Shown in pieces: positions 1 to 8,444 of a stretch of DNA of 42,294 nucleotides. Numbering within the stretch: the stretch's first letter is position 1; every line of letters begins with the position of its first letter. A model generated the notes under the pieces. That model worked only from the letters and a program-made list of their open reading frames with translations, was not told where the DNA came from and ran no database searches. Source of the stretch: a virus. The stretch is taken from UHGV virus genome UHGV-2027207. One strand, given 5' to 3'. The translations under genes were made by a program, and so were the position numbers.

Positions 1-22
1 TAATTTATTTAAATTATTTTAT

Positions 23-1333
23 TTATTTCACAATATCCTCCATCATTTCATTCGTAAAGTCTTTGCCATTTGTAACTGTCTCAAAAATCTTTTTCTCAAT
101 AGGTGTATCAGGCACAATTGTGTAATACAATGGAGTTTTCTCTTGACCATGGCGATCAACTCTACCTTTTGCCTGTAAATACTCAGTTGAGCTTAATGGT
201 AAACTGTTGAAAATCATCACATTACTAATCACAAAATCATTTATCCCAGTTGAAGCGGACTTGTATTGCGCTAGGACAACCCCGTTTTCGTTGTCCTTAA
301 ATGGTTTCAAGTCTTTAACAGCTCCATTGTACGTGCCATACGGTCGTTTTAATTTGTCTAATAATCTACCTAACATCAACCCTTCCCATTTGTAATTATA
401 AAAGATTACAACACGTTCATTATTATGTGTCTCAAGAATGGCTTCTAATCGTTCAAACGGTTCTTTTGATACCTGTTTATTGATTCCGTATAGGAAACCA
501 TGACTGACTTGTCTTAATGAGTTAAATAGTTTAGAACTATTGTCTAGTTCAATTAGTTCTGGATTAAAAGGTGCTTCTTCTGCTTGATACATGCGCTGTT
601 TTTTCAACTTATTATACATTGCTGGCTTCTTCGTTTTGTAGACATAATCTTGAGGTAAATAGCCTTTGTCACGCTTATAGTTCACACTAGCTTCGTCAAT
701 CATCTGTTGAAGTAAGTGTTCATTTTGATAGCCAGTGATTTGGAGGAATCTAGCGCTTCCCATTTGACGCATTTGTTTTATGACAAATAGCTCTTCAAAC
801 TCTTTTTTAGGCTTTCTGAACACATTTGCGATATATAGTTGTGAGTACCAGTTCTCAAGCTTACCATTGCTTACAGGCGTTGCTGTGCATAGATACGTGT
901 ATTTTGCTTTCTTACTTACTTGCATGACAAACTTGGTCACTTTGGATTTAGATACACCTACTTTGTGTGACTCATCAATGATAATAAAACTATCTTCATC
1001 TACCCATTTCAACAACTCAGTCAAGCGCCAACTACTCTCAAAACTGATTGCCACATGGTTTGATTCTGCCAACAACTCTCTATTCTTTTTAGTACCGTTG
1101 TTTAGTGGTGTAATTTTCAAACCAAATGCTTCTCCATCTTCCACAAAATCTAACACTTTAGGAGCTAGACAAATAATTAATAGCTTATTACACTTACTTT
1201 TTACATATGAGCCAATACTCATGTATGACTTTCCAACACCCACATCACTAAGATTCAGTGGTTTTTCCTTAAATTGTTCAATTGCCTCTACTTGATAAGG
1301 AAATAGCTCTACTTTACCTATTTTATTCTGCAT
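23..1333 (-). CDS. SNF2/DEAD-like DNA helicase (start refined to Met41 of the track ORF)
   Basis: Motifs GVGKS, IIIDESH and LCTATP. AGGAGG lies upstream of the ATG at 1333; the longer ORF would overlap the HNH gene. Confidence 0.7.
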   Translation of the reverse strand: MQNKIGKVELFPYQVEAIEQFKEKPLNLSDVGVGKSYMSIGSYVKSKCNKLLIICLAPKVLDFVEDGEAFGLKITPLNNGTKKNRELLAESNHVAISFESSWRLTELLKWVDEDSFIIIDESHKVGVSKSKVTKFVMQVSKKAKYTYLCTATPVSNGKLENWYSQLYIANVFRKPKKEFEELFVIKQMRQMGSARFLQITGYQNEHLLQQMIDEASVNYKRDKGYLPQDYVYKTKKPAMYNKLKKQRMYQAEEAPFNPELIELDNSSKLFNSLRQVSHGFLYGINKQVSKEPFERLEAILETHNNERVVIFYNYKWEGLMLGRLLDKLKRPYGTYNGAVKDLKPFKDNENGVVLAQYKSASTGINDFVISNVMIFNSLPLSSTEYLQAKGRVDRHGQEKTPLYYTIVPDTPIEKKIFETVTNGKDFTNEMMEDIVK

Positions 1334-1835
1334 ATTCAAAAGTGTATCCTCCTGTTTGTTTATATCTACCTTGTAGAACTCTTGTGATAGTCGATTGATG
1401 TAGCCCCAATTGCCTTGCACATTCACGAGAGCCATAGAACTCTTGAAATTCACCAGTTTTTATATTAATTGCAATGATGGGAATACTTTTTGATTTACTG
1501 ATCACTTTACCTATTCTTTCATTACGTGTTCCATGATTTGAGTTTTCTTTTGCAGTAACCCATTCTAAATTTGAGACCACGTTGTTTGTTTTATCTTCGT
1601 CAATATGGTTCACTTGTGGTTTATTTTCATTATTTGGTATGAAAGCTTGCGCTACTAGACGGTGGATTTTAGTACTAGATACAATACTGTTTTTATATAA
1701 TGTAACTCCTAGATAGCCACCTGTAATTTTACAAGCTTTCAAAACCTTACCTGTTGTAGCTCTCTTCACTCTTCCCAAGTTACTCACTTGATATAATCCT
1801 TCGTACCCTGCAACATCTTTCCAAACTTCTTCCAT
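1323..1835 (-). CDS. HNH homing endonuclease (NUMOD4 + HNH_3)
   Basis: N-terminus EEVWKDVAGYEGLYQVSNLGRV, then HRLVAQAF and NHIDEDKTNN..NLEW. RBS GGGAGG before Met6. Confidence 0.85.
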   Translation of the reverse strand: MEEVWKDVAGYEGLYQVSNLGRVKRATTGKVLKACKITGGYLGVTLYKNSIVSSTKIHRLVAQAFIPNNENKPQVNHIDEDKTNNVVSNLEWVTAKENSNHGTRNERIGKVISKSKSIPIIAINIKTGEFQEFYGSRECARQLGLHQSTITRVLQGRYKQTGGYTFEYAE

Positions 1836-1944
1836 TATATAGCCTCCCATTTATATAATATTTTTACGAAATGCGTATATTCTTTAGTTGCTGCATATAC
1901 TGTTACCTGTTCCATATCTACTATTTTTGCTTCCATGATCCAGC

Positions 1945-2142
1945 TCATACTTCAAAGACCTCCTTGATATCTTGACAAGGTACTCTTAAATTATTAATTG
2001 CATAGTTGATAGCTTCTACAATATTCATTGCTGGTATAGTTAGTTCATGAACTGTTGTCTCAATATATTGAAAGCTTGGGTTACTAGCATATACTTTTTC
2101 TCGTTGTTCTTCTTCATAAATAATGCAATAATCTTTAATCAT
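1945..2142 (-). CDS. hypothetical protein (66 aa, start refined)
   Basis: GGAGGA lies 8 nt before ATG 2142. ATGATTAA overlap with the upstream gene. Confidence 0.5.
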   Translation of the reverse strand: MIKDYCIIYEEEQREKVYASNPSFQYIETTVHELTIPAMNIVEAINYAINNLRVPCQDIKEVFEV

Positions 2143-2485
2143 ATTCAATCTCCTCCAGTTTAATTTCTGGCAATTCTGGTTGTTTGTATTGTCTTTCAAT
2201 ACCATTTTCAATACAATATAACAAGACCTTGAGTTCTTGAAGTGTGTCACGTAGAATTAACCCAAAGCCACCTGCATCACGTATTTTTTGCAGATAGCTG
2301 ATTTGCAAAGGGTCTGCGGTATAGTGACCAACTTTTAATTCCAATGCAATGAAGTAACCTTTATAGCATACTAATAAATCAGATACACCAACTTTAGAAA
2401 ACATACCTCCTGTTTGGTTACTAACGATAGCACCTTTACTTTCTAGGTAAGTTGTTACTTCTCTTGAAAATTGTGATTCTTTCAT
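2135..2485 (-). CDS. VRR-NUC domain nuclease
   Basis: Pattern SDLLVCYKGYFIALELK..LQ.SYLQKIR.AGG. RBS GGGAGG before Met6. Confidence 0.65.
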   Translation of the reverse strand: MKESQFSREVTTYLESKGAIVSNQTGGMFSKVGVSDLLVCYKGYFIALELKVGHYTADPLQISYLQKIRDAGGFGLILRDTLQELKVLLYCIENGIERQYKQPELPEIKLEEIEYD

Positions 2486-2691
2486 TAATCTTCCTCCCAA
2501 TTCATGATATTAGTTGTAATGGCATCTTCTAAATAGCGTTTCACACGTTGTGCCTCTTTCAGAGTTAGTGGTACAACGGCACAGTATTCATAGTCTACTA
2601 ATGTAATAAAAACACCATTATCATACGTTGAAATACGTACTTTCTCATTAGTGTCTGTTGTTAGGTCTTTTCTATAATTCAGTTTCTCCAT
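2485..2691 (-). CDS. hypothetical protein
   Basis: ORF in tight operon packing. Confidence 0.45.
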   Translation of the reverse strand: MEKLNYRKDLTTDTNEKVRISTYDNGVFITLVDYEYCAVVPLTLKEAQRVKRYLEDAITTNIMNWEED

Positions 2692-2692
2692 A

Positions 2693-2875
2693 TTAAAATA
2701 CCCTCACTATTCTAATTTGATTATTTGCATATCCTTTTCTGTTGTAGTACTCAGATAATTTTTTTATACTAGCTATATCTATAGGGATATCATACATCTG
2801 TCTTACCCATTCTCCTTTATCAGTCAATACTTCCATAGCGTAAATATGATTTTTGTCTTTATATCCAGTTTCCAT
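2693..2875 (-). CDS. hypothetical protein
   Basis: ORF; its start abuts the stop of the upstream micro-ORF. Confidence 0.45.
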   Translation of the reverse strand: METGYKDKNHIYAMEVLTDKGEWVRQMYDIPIDIASIKKLSEYYNRKGYANNQIRIVRVF

Positions 2876-2879
2876 ATTA

Positions 2880-2969
2880 GTAGCCTTCCTCCTCCAACCA
2901 GTTAATCAGTACGCCCGCTGCGTAAATAACTAATCCAATAAAAAGTAATCCAATTGTCATAAATGTCAT
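2880..2969 (-). CDS. 29-aa hydrophobic micropeptide (MTFMTIGLLFIGLVIYAAGVLINWLEEEGY)
   Basis: Not in the ORF track (<60 aa). GAGGAGG lies 7 nt upstream. ATGA overlap with the upstream stop; its own stop abuts the next ATG. Confidence 0.45.
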
Positions 2970-3184
2970 TTTTCTTCCTCCTCTGTTTGTATAATCATCA
3001 TATCGTTATTGTAGTTCATTGTCAATAATTTTTGATTAATTTCTTTTGATATGTGATATTCGTCAATGTCATCTTTTCTACAGTAGAGTTCTTTATTGAC
3101 TAAACCATTTCTTATAGCCCATGTTGCAAAATCCATCTGAATATTTAATTGTTTATAAGTAATCCATAGCCATCTAAAATTCAT
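2966..3184 (-). CDS. hypothetical protein (start refined to MNFRWLW)
   Basis: AAGGAGGA lies 7 nt upstream of ATG 3184. The track Met1 falls inside the promoter -10. Confidence 0.5.
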   Translation of the reverse strand: MNFRWLWITYKQLNIQMDFATWAIRNGLVNKELYCRKDDIDEYHISKEINQKLLTMNYNNDMMIIQTEEEEK

Positions 3185-3213
3185 TTTAATTCCTCCTTTA
3201 TTTCTATAAGTTA

Positions 3214-3242
3214 ATAATATCATTATATAAAAAGAAAGTCAA
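3214..3242 (-). promoter_or_regulatory. sigma-A type promoter TTGACT-N17-TATTAT with a conserved leader (diverged copy of the module family)
   Basis: Seen on the reverse complement. The leader TAACTTATAG..AAAGGAGG resembles the other copies. Confidence 0.5.
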
Positions 3243-3268
3243 CTGTTTTAGTCAACTTTCTTTCAAAA
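3231..3268 (-). terminator. Rho-independent terminator overlapping the promoter -35
   Basis: Stem AAAGAAAG / CTTTCTTT with a U-rich tail on the minus strand. It follows the stop of 3272-3490. Confidence 0.5.
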
Positions 3269-3271
3269 ATA

Positions 3272-3490
3272 TTAAACTTTTTCTGAGGTGGTGATTGAAA
3301 CAATGCGATTCACGTTTAGTAGTACATTGTATCTATATGTTCCCATTCCAACTAGATCTTTTTTGTGTTGAATAACTAATGATTTGTCTCCAGATTGCAT
3401 TGCCTCTAAATATTTATCAATCAAATCTTCCTCAGTTTCTATCACAAATGGTTCTGTTGAATTGGTTGTGTAAATACTATATTTTTTCAT
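3272..3490 (-). CDS. hypothetical protein
   Basis: ORF. Confidence 0.45.
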   Translation of the reverse strand: MKKYSIYTTNSTEPFVIETEEDLIDKYLEAMQSGDKSLVIQHKKDLVGMGTYRYNVLLNVNRIVSITTSEKV

Positions 3491-4038
3491 TCTGTTTCCT
3501 CCTTTTCCACTGGCACAGCAAATGGCCAGTATCGTTCATCAATTGCTTTGATTTCAGCCTCCGTAAAAGTATTTTTCCATTTAGCCCCATAACGTTCTGT
3601 AGCCGCTGAGAAACACATATGAGTATCTCCGGGCATTAAAAAAGTTTGGATAAGGTAGTATGTTGCGCCTGGTATTTTTAGCTTCACATAATACAACGGC
3701 TCTTTCTCGATCTCGTAGCCGTCTATCCAAGCACGAGCAACTAATTCTTGATGGTCTGTTTCAAATAACCAATCTTCATCTTCTGTTATTCTTTTATATT
3801 GATCAACACCATACTTATACGAACCTGATAGACAACTAATTAAATCAGCTTTTTCTTTACATAGTTCTATCCATTCCGCCACAAACTTCGGCACAACCGG
3901 CTTCTGCGGTTCGTCTAGTTGTTCAATCAATTGTATAGCTTTAATAATTTTGACATATCTATCTTCTTCCCCAGTATAACATTCAGTACACCATGCACCT
4001 TTTTCTTTTAACTTTTCTTTAATTTCCTCTTTATTCAT
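3487..4038 (-). CDS. hypothetical replication-module protein (start refined to MNKEEIKE)
   Basis: AGGAGGA lies 8 nt before ATG 4038. Confidence 0.5.
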   Translation of the reverse strand: MNKEEIKEKLKEKGAWCTECYTGEEDRYVKIIKAIQLIEQLDEPQKPVVPKFVAEWIELCKEKADLISCLSGSYKYGVDQYKRITEDEDWLFETDHQELVARAWIDGYEIEKEPLYYVKLKIPGATYYLIQTFLMPGDTHMCFSAATERYGAKWKNTFTEAEIKAIDERYWPFAVPVEKEETE

Positions 4039-4051
4039 CACGTTCTTCCTC

Positions 4052-5638
4052 CTATTGTATATCATTGAAAATGTTCGCGTACTCTGTTCCTGCTAATGCG
4101 TTCATTAAATATGGTTTGATTGACTCATTGTCTCCGTTACGTGCAATCTTCAAACCAGTTAGCACACGTGCTTTACTTGTACGTTTTTCTTCAAATCCTT
4201 GCTTCAGCAGTAGTTCCTTCATGGTACGCCAATTCATTGATTTATTAATATTGTTTTCTTTTGTATATATATTAAAGATATTTTTTAGTAGGGTTAGGTT
4301 AACACTACCTTCTTTATCTTCAACAAGTACAGGTACTTCACTCAAAAACTCTTTAGATGGATCATTTGATTCAATATAGGCTTTCTTGAAGGCAATCATA
4401 TCTTCTGTCTCTGTGAATGGGTTTTCACCATTTGTACCAGCGTCTAAAATCTTTTTGAATTGCTGAATACAGAACCATGCAAATTTGCCTAGTTGTTCTT
4501 TTGACTCACGTTCTTCACGTTGTTTGTTAAACTCATTAATGCGTTCACGTGCTTCTGGTGTGTCAAGATTGGTGTTGAAATTTAAAATTAAAATACGTCT
4601 ATACCATCCATTGGTACGGTCATTAAATGCAGGTAGTTCGTTCATTGAAAACATCAATTTCGCATAGTTGGTAAAGCTAAATGCGTCCTTACCCTTTTTC
4701 TCAGCATGAACGGCATCAAGACCTCCTGAAAGCTTTTTCAGTGTTTCAGTACCCTTCACAAAGTTGGCGCTTGAATCCGCTTCAAAGTTCAATAGTTTAT
4801 GGTGTAGTGACGCTTTGTCAAAACGATTGTTTTTATCTGCTAAGCTGTCTAGACCAACTGCAGAACTGTTTTTGAAGCCAATCAATTTGTTCATAATAAA
4901 TCCACCTACGTAAGACTTACCATTTGAGCCATTACCTAAAAGGTACAATATTGATTGATATTTGTACTCTCTATAATACATATAACCAATATACTCATAT
5001 AATGTCTGCGCTTGATCTTTCAATAGATAATCAATCCATTGTTTAGCTAATAACTCATCTGTTTCATCTGTCTTAATCAATGGATATGGTAGTTGGAGTG
5101 TATGATAATCTTCTAATCTGGTTTCTCTAATATCATTGGTTTTAAAGTCATATGTGCCATTCTCAAAGGCGATAATGTTTGGATTAGGATTGTCACCTAG
5201 TGGGGCATGTTCACCACGTGTCATGGAGCGATTAGCCAATTCATTAGCTAGTTTCTTCATTTCTTTACGAATTTCATTCCCAAATTCTGGATTTCTAAAT
5301 TGTGGTGTAAATTTTGGCGCTAAAATGTTCTCAAAGTACCAATCAGCATATTTGTAACTACCTAGATTTACCTCAGACCAGATACGTGTGTCTGCATTAT
5401 ACACATATGGAGCGTTTAAGTTGGGGTGTGCATACACATAGGCTAACTGATTAAATTTATCAATAAATAATTCTTGTTGGATTTCAAATTTTGGCTGCGT
5501 ACCGTCTTTACCTCCGTAGTACATTCTTCCTAATTCTGAATTGAAATCTACAAACTCCTCACTTGGAAAGTGTTTATTTGAAACAGGTAACAACTCTTCA
5601 ACAGGTGCTGAATAGTCTATTTTCGTTAATTCATTCAT
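4052..5638 (-). CDS. D5/P4-family primase-helicase NTPase (VirE-like SF3 helicase)
   Basis: Walker A LLGNGSNGKS, Walker B-like LNFEAD, size 528 aa. RBS AGGGAGG. Confidence 0.65.
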   Translation of the reverse strand: MNELTKIDYSAPVEELLPVSNKHFPSEEFVDFNSELGRMYYGGKDGTQPKFEIQQELFIDKFNQLAYVYAHPNLNAPYVYNADTRIWSEVNLGSYKYADWYFENILAPKFTPQFRNPEFGNEIRKEMKKLANELANRSMTRGEHAPLGDNPNPNIIAFENGTYDFKTNDIRETRLEDYHTLQLPYPLIKTDETDELLAKQWIDYLLKDQAQTLYEYIGYMYYREYKYQSILYLLGNGSNGKSYVGGFIMNKLIGFKNSSAVGLDSLADKNNRFDKASLHHKLLNFEADSSANFVKGTETLKKLSGGLDAVHAEKKGKDAFSFTNYAKLMFSMNELPAFNDRTNGWYRRILILNFNTNLDTPEARERINEFNKQREERESKEQLGKFAWFCIQQFKKILDAGTNGENPFTETEDMIAFKKAYIESNDPSKEFLSEVPVLVEDKEGSVNLTLLKNIFNIYTKENNINKSMNWRTMKELLLKQGFEEKRTSKARVLTGLKIARNGDNESIKPYLMNALAGTEYANIFNDIQ

Positions 5639-5671
5639 TGTATTAAGTCCTCCCTCATATCTTATGCACTA

Positions 5672-5705
5672 AGTATAGCACAAATGAAAAGTTTGTGCTA
5701 TACTT
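5672..5705 (-). promoter_or_regulatory. TG-extended -10 promoter (TGCTATACT) embedded in a perfect 13-bp-arm palindrome
   Basis: AGTATAGCACAAA - 8 nt - TTTGTGCTATACT. The leader TAGTGCATAAG..AGGGAGG is conserved. Confidence 0.5.
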
Positions 5706-5710
5706 TTTAA

Positions 5711-5893
5711 CTAAAAATATTTAGCAATTGATTCCACTGAGTCTTTTACATCTAATTGAGTACCACCTAACAGTATGACAATAGTATATTCCCACGCTTT
5801 GCTGTGATAGAATGCTGCAATGTGATTGATGTTTACATATACTATGGTTTCATCAATTCTTGTTAATGTGATTAGTTCGTTCATTTTATTCAT
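5711..5893 (-). CDS. hypothetical protein (start probably MNKMNEL)
   Basis: ORF. The track Met1 is a TTG inside the upstream gene. Confidence 0.4.
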   Translation of the reverse strand: MNKMNELITLTRIDETIVYVNINHIAAFYHSKAWEYTIVILLGGTQLDVKDSVESIAKYF

Positions 5894-6065
5894 AATACAC
5901 CTCAAATTCTAATACTTGGTCTTTTTGAATATGGGTTTTTACTTTATTGGTATTATCATATAAAATTAAATAATCATCTTCAAAGTAATATTTATCAATG
6001 TAATTAAATTCAGTTACTTCTATACCTTCTCCAGCATTGTATTTTGTCACTAATACTTTAAACAT
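5886..6065 (-). CDS. hypothetical protein, 59 aa (MFKVLVTKYNAGEG...)
   Basis: Not in the track. AAGGAGGA lies 7 nt upstream of ATG 6065. Confidence 0.45.
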   Translation of the reverse strand: MFKVLVTKYNAGEGIEVTEFNYIDKYYFEDDYLILYDNTNKVKTHIQKDQVLEFEVYYE

Positions 6066-6079
6066 TATTTTTCCTCCTT

Positions 6080-6427
6080 TTATTTTGCAAAATATCCTTT
6101 TATGTATGCCAAGCGTTGTGCGTCATTGTCATACATGTTATAAGCTCTAAGAATTACTTTAGTAACTTCAAAGGGTGTGTACTTGCGTTCTACATCTTTT
6201 GATTTTAAATATTCCATAGTTGCTTTTTGAGGCGTCTCTTTTAGTTTAAATTGACAAGCAGTGTTCTTCAAATAATTAAGATACCATTTAGTGCCATTAT
6301 CATCAACTAAATATAGTTTGCCATGATTAGTTGATACTCCTTTATACTCCTTTCCTCTAGTCCACCATGGTTTATCTGACTTTGTACAAATATATGTTTG
6401 TCCTTCTTTTAAATGTAGTTTGTTCAT
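6080..6427 (-). CDS. hypothetical protein, paralog A of a tandem pair
   Basis: Shares N-terminus L.LKEGQTYICT..WWT.GKEYK and C-terminus YDND.QRLA..GYFAK with 6445-6756. Confidence 0.6.
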   Translation of the reverse strand: MNKLHLKEGQTYICTKSDKPWWTRGKEYKGVSTNHGKLYLVDDNGTKWYLNYLKNTACQFKLKETPQKATMEYLKSKDVERKYTPFEVTKVILRAYNMYDNDAQRLAYIKGYFAK

Positions 6428-6444
6428 TATTATTTGCCTCCTTT

Positions 6445-6756
6445 TTATTTTGCAAAATATCCTTCTAGAAAGGCTAATCGTTGTGAATCATTGTCATATT
6501 GTCTATATGCTTTGACAATTGCTTTGTTGATTTGTTGTTGTGTATACTTTGGTTCTGAATCATCTGTTTTTAATTTGAAGTCAGTTGACATATCAGATAC
6601 TTGAGGATTGAGCCACTTCTCACCGAAATCGTCTATGAGTGCAGGAGTTCCGTACTTAGTCAATACAACCTTATATTCTTTACCTACTGTCCACCATCTA
6701 TATTTTGTGTCAGTACAAATATATGTTTGTCCTTCTTTTAAATCTAAGTTGTTCAT
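6445..6756 (-). CDS. hypothetical protein, paralog B of a tandem pair
   Basis: See paralog A. The DNA at the 3' ends is also near-identical (TTTTATTTTGCAAAATATCCTT). Confidence 0.6.
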   Translation of the reverse strand: MNNLDLKEGQTYICTDTKYRWWTVGKEYKVVLTKYGTPALIDDFGEKWLNPQVSDMSTDFKLKTDDSEPKYTQQQINKAIVKAYRQYDNDSQRLAFLEGYFAK

Positions 6757-6791
6757 TATTATTTTCCTCCTATGTTATGATTACACTACTA

Positions 6792-6820
6792 AGTGTACGG
6801 TTTATTAGTTTATTTGTTAC
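6792..6820 (-). promoter_or_regulatory. weaker copy of the promoter module (GTAACA-N17-TACACT-TAGT..CATAAC..AGGAGG)
   Basis: Pattern match on the reverse complement. Confidence 0.3.
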
Positions 6821-6981
6821 TACCTATTGTAATTAGTTGCTTCCTTACAATCAATAATTTTATACTTCTTTTTGGGATATGTCAAGCGAAATTCATCAAT
6901 TGCTCCTCTCATAGTTTCAGCTAAATAGCTTAATTGAATAGTTTGCGTGTGTCTTTTTGCTAGAATAATAAATGTAGTCAT
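6820..6981 (-). CDS. hypothetical protein (start refined to MTTFIIL)
   Basis: AGGAGGA lies 8 nt upstream of ATG 6981. Confidence 0.4.
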   Translation of the reverse strand: MTTFIILAKRHTQTIQLSYLAETMRGAIDEFRLTYPKKKYKIIDCKEATNYNR

Positions 6982-7010
6982 TTTGTTTCCTCCTATTTGT
7001 ATGTTGATTG

Positions 7011-7334
7011 CTATTTCCATTCCTCCAATTGTTTTAGAATTGTGTTGTAGTGGTTTTGCTGCTTCTTATATGCTTCTGCTGCTTCATATAACCTTGTTTT
7101 CACGTCTAATTTTAACTTTTCTTGTGTGATACCATTATACTTTGTCCAAGTATCATAGTCCATAACTTTTACTTCCATTCCCAATAATGTTGTAGGTAAC
7201 TCGCTAGACAGTGGCATTTTCACGATATATGGATTTTGTGTGATTGGTACATTCAGTTTTACATTTGTTAAGTCTTCAAATAGTTCAGGTGTTACCATAA
7301 TATACTCTTCTGTTGCTAATAATAGTTTTTCCAT
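7011..7334 (-). CDS. hypothetical protein
   Basis: ORF. Confidence 0.45.
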   Translation of the reverse strand: MEKLLLATEEYIMVTPELFEDLTNVKLNVPITQNPYIVKMPLSSELPTTLLGMEVKVMDYDTWTKYNGITQEKLKLDVKTRLYEAAEAYKKQQNHYNTILKQLEEWK

Positions 7335-7346
7335 TGTTTCTTCCTC

Positions 7347-7577
7347 CTATTTAAGCAATTCTTCTTTCAGTTTATAAAACTCAACTTTATTATCTAAATA
7401 CATATGATAGTATGTTCCAACAATCAGACTTAGTTTACTCATAGCCTTTTGTCGTTCCGTTGTTAGAGGTGCTTGTTTTGCTAATTTCTCAAGATATTCA
7501 AGTAGTTCGCTTTCTTGACCTCCATTTTCAATAATTTCTATGATTTTCAACCTAAAGGTAATTGGTGTTAGACTCAT
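7347..7577 (-). CDS. hypothetical protein
   Basis: ORF. RBS AGGAGG. Confidence 0.45.
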   Translation of the reverse strand: MSLTPITFRLKIIEIIENGGQESELLEYLEKLAKQAPLTTERQKAMSKLSLIVGTYYHMYLDNKVEFYKLKEELLK

Positions 7578-7607
7578 TCTTTTTCCTCCTAGTTTTTAGT
7601 GTGATTA

Positions 7608-7823
7608 TTATTTCCACTCGTTCTTGGGTTCAATTAACATTACAATTAGTGCCACATTTAATGATACGGTAAACGCTACTATCACAATCAGTAGTGGTAT
7701 AGTTGTTAGTAGTGAGTATTGTAGTATGTCAATAATTAGTACAATCGCGACTAGATCAAGACATACCAGGAAGATAAGTAACAATGAAACCAGTGTTCTT
7801 AATATTTTATCTTCGTTTTTCAT
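7608..7823 (-). CDS. small membrane protein (two TM helices)
   Basis: Highly hydrophobic, LVSLLLIFLVCLDLVAIVLII... Confidence 0.45.
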   Translation of the reverse strand: MKNEDKILRTLVSLLLIFLVCLDLVAIVLIIDILQYSLLTTIPLLIVIVAFTVSLNVALIVMLIEPKNEWK

Positions 7824-7832
7824 TGTTTCCTC

Positions 7833-8159
7833 CTATTTTTGAATGTCCATCAACTTGATAATTTTCTGCAATAATTCTTCGTCTTTAGTGAGAAAATGAA
7901 AGCGTTCTTGGTGCAAGTGATCTAACCAATGAAACCGTTCATTCAACTCGTTTAACTCTTTGATTATGATACGCATTTCTTTCTCAGATTGTTCTATTTT
8001 GTTATGTGTCTGCCAGTAGTTTTGTGTTCCATGATTTGACATATTACCTGGTTCGTTCATCTTCATTAACCTTTCAGTTGCTTTATCATGAGACTTAGAG
8101 AGTCGCTTGAACTCTCTAAGTTGTATTTTCATGATATCAGTGTAGTACTTGTCTAGCAT
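7833..8159 (-). CDS. hypothetical protein
   Basis: ORF. Confidence 0.45.
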   Translation of the reverse strand: MLDKYYTDIMKIQLREFKRLSKSHDKATERLMKMNEPGNMSNHGTQNYWQTHNKIEQSEKEMRIIIKELNELNERFHWLDHLHQERFHFLTKDEELLQKIIKLMDIQK

Positions 8160-8383
8160 AGTAACATTCCTTTCAGTTTTGAGTAGTCAATGGCTAATTC
8201 AGCTAAAACTGTACTGTCATTTGTGTCAGCCCATTCTAAAATGGTTTCTATTTCGTTGTCTAACCAATTTGAAACTTTACTAAAATCTTCGTCACGTTCT
8301 TCAGCTTCTGCTGCTAAGTCAATAAAATCGCTGTAAAGCATGTCTATTTTCTTTTGTAGTTTGTTGTATTTTTCGTGTGTCAT
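8153..8383 (-). CDS. hypothetical protein (start refined to MTHEKYNK)
   Basis: GAGGAGGA lies 8 nt before ATG 8383. The track N-terminal extension is a translation of the conserved leader. Confidence 0.5.
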   Translation of the reverse strand: MTHEKYNKLQKKIDMLYSDFIDLAAEAEERDEDFSKVSNWLDNEIETILEWADTNDSTVLAELAIDYSKLKGMLLC

Positions 8384-8415
8384 ATTATACTTCCTCCTCT
8401 TTATCTTATGAACTA

Positions 8416-8444
8416 AGTATAGCATGATTAGAAACCAGTGTCAA
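8416..8444 (-). promoter_or_regulatory. consensus sigma-A promoter TTGACA-N17-TGCTATACT + leader TAGTTCATAAGATAAAGAGGAGG
   Basis: Exact -35 and -10 hexamers with a 17-bp spacer on the reverse complement. Confidence 0.7.

Noticed and set aside
207-1295. Plus-strand ORFs 207-395 and 780-1295 inside the helicase gene
   Set aside because: They are antisense to a well-supported coding region, have no RBS and are low-complexity.
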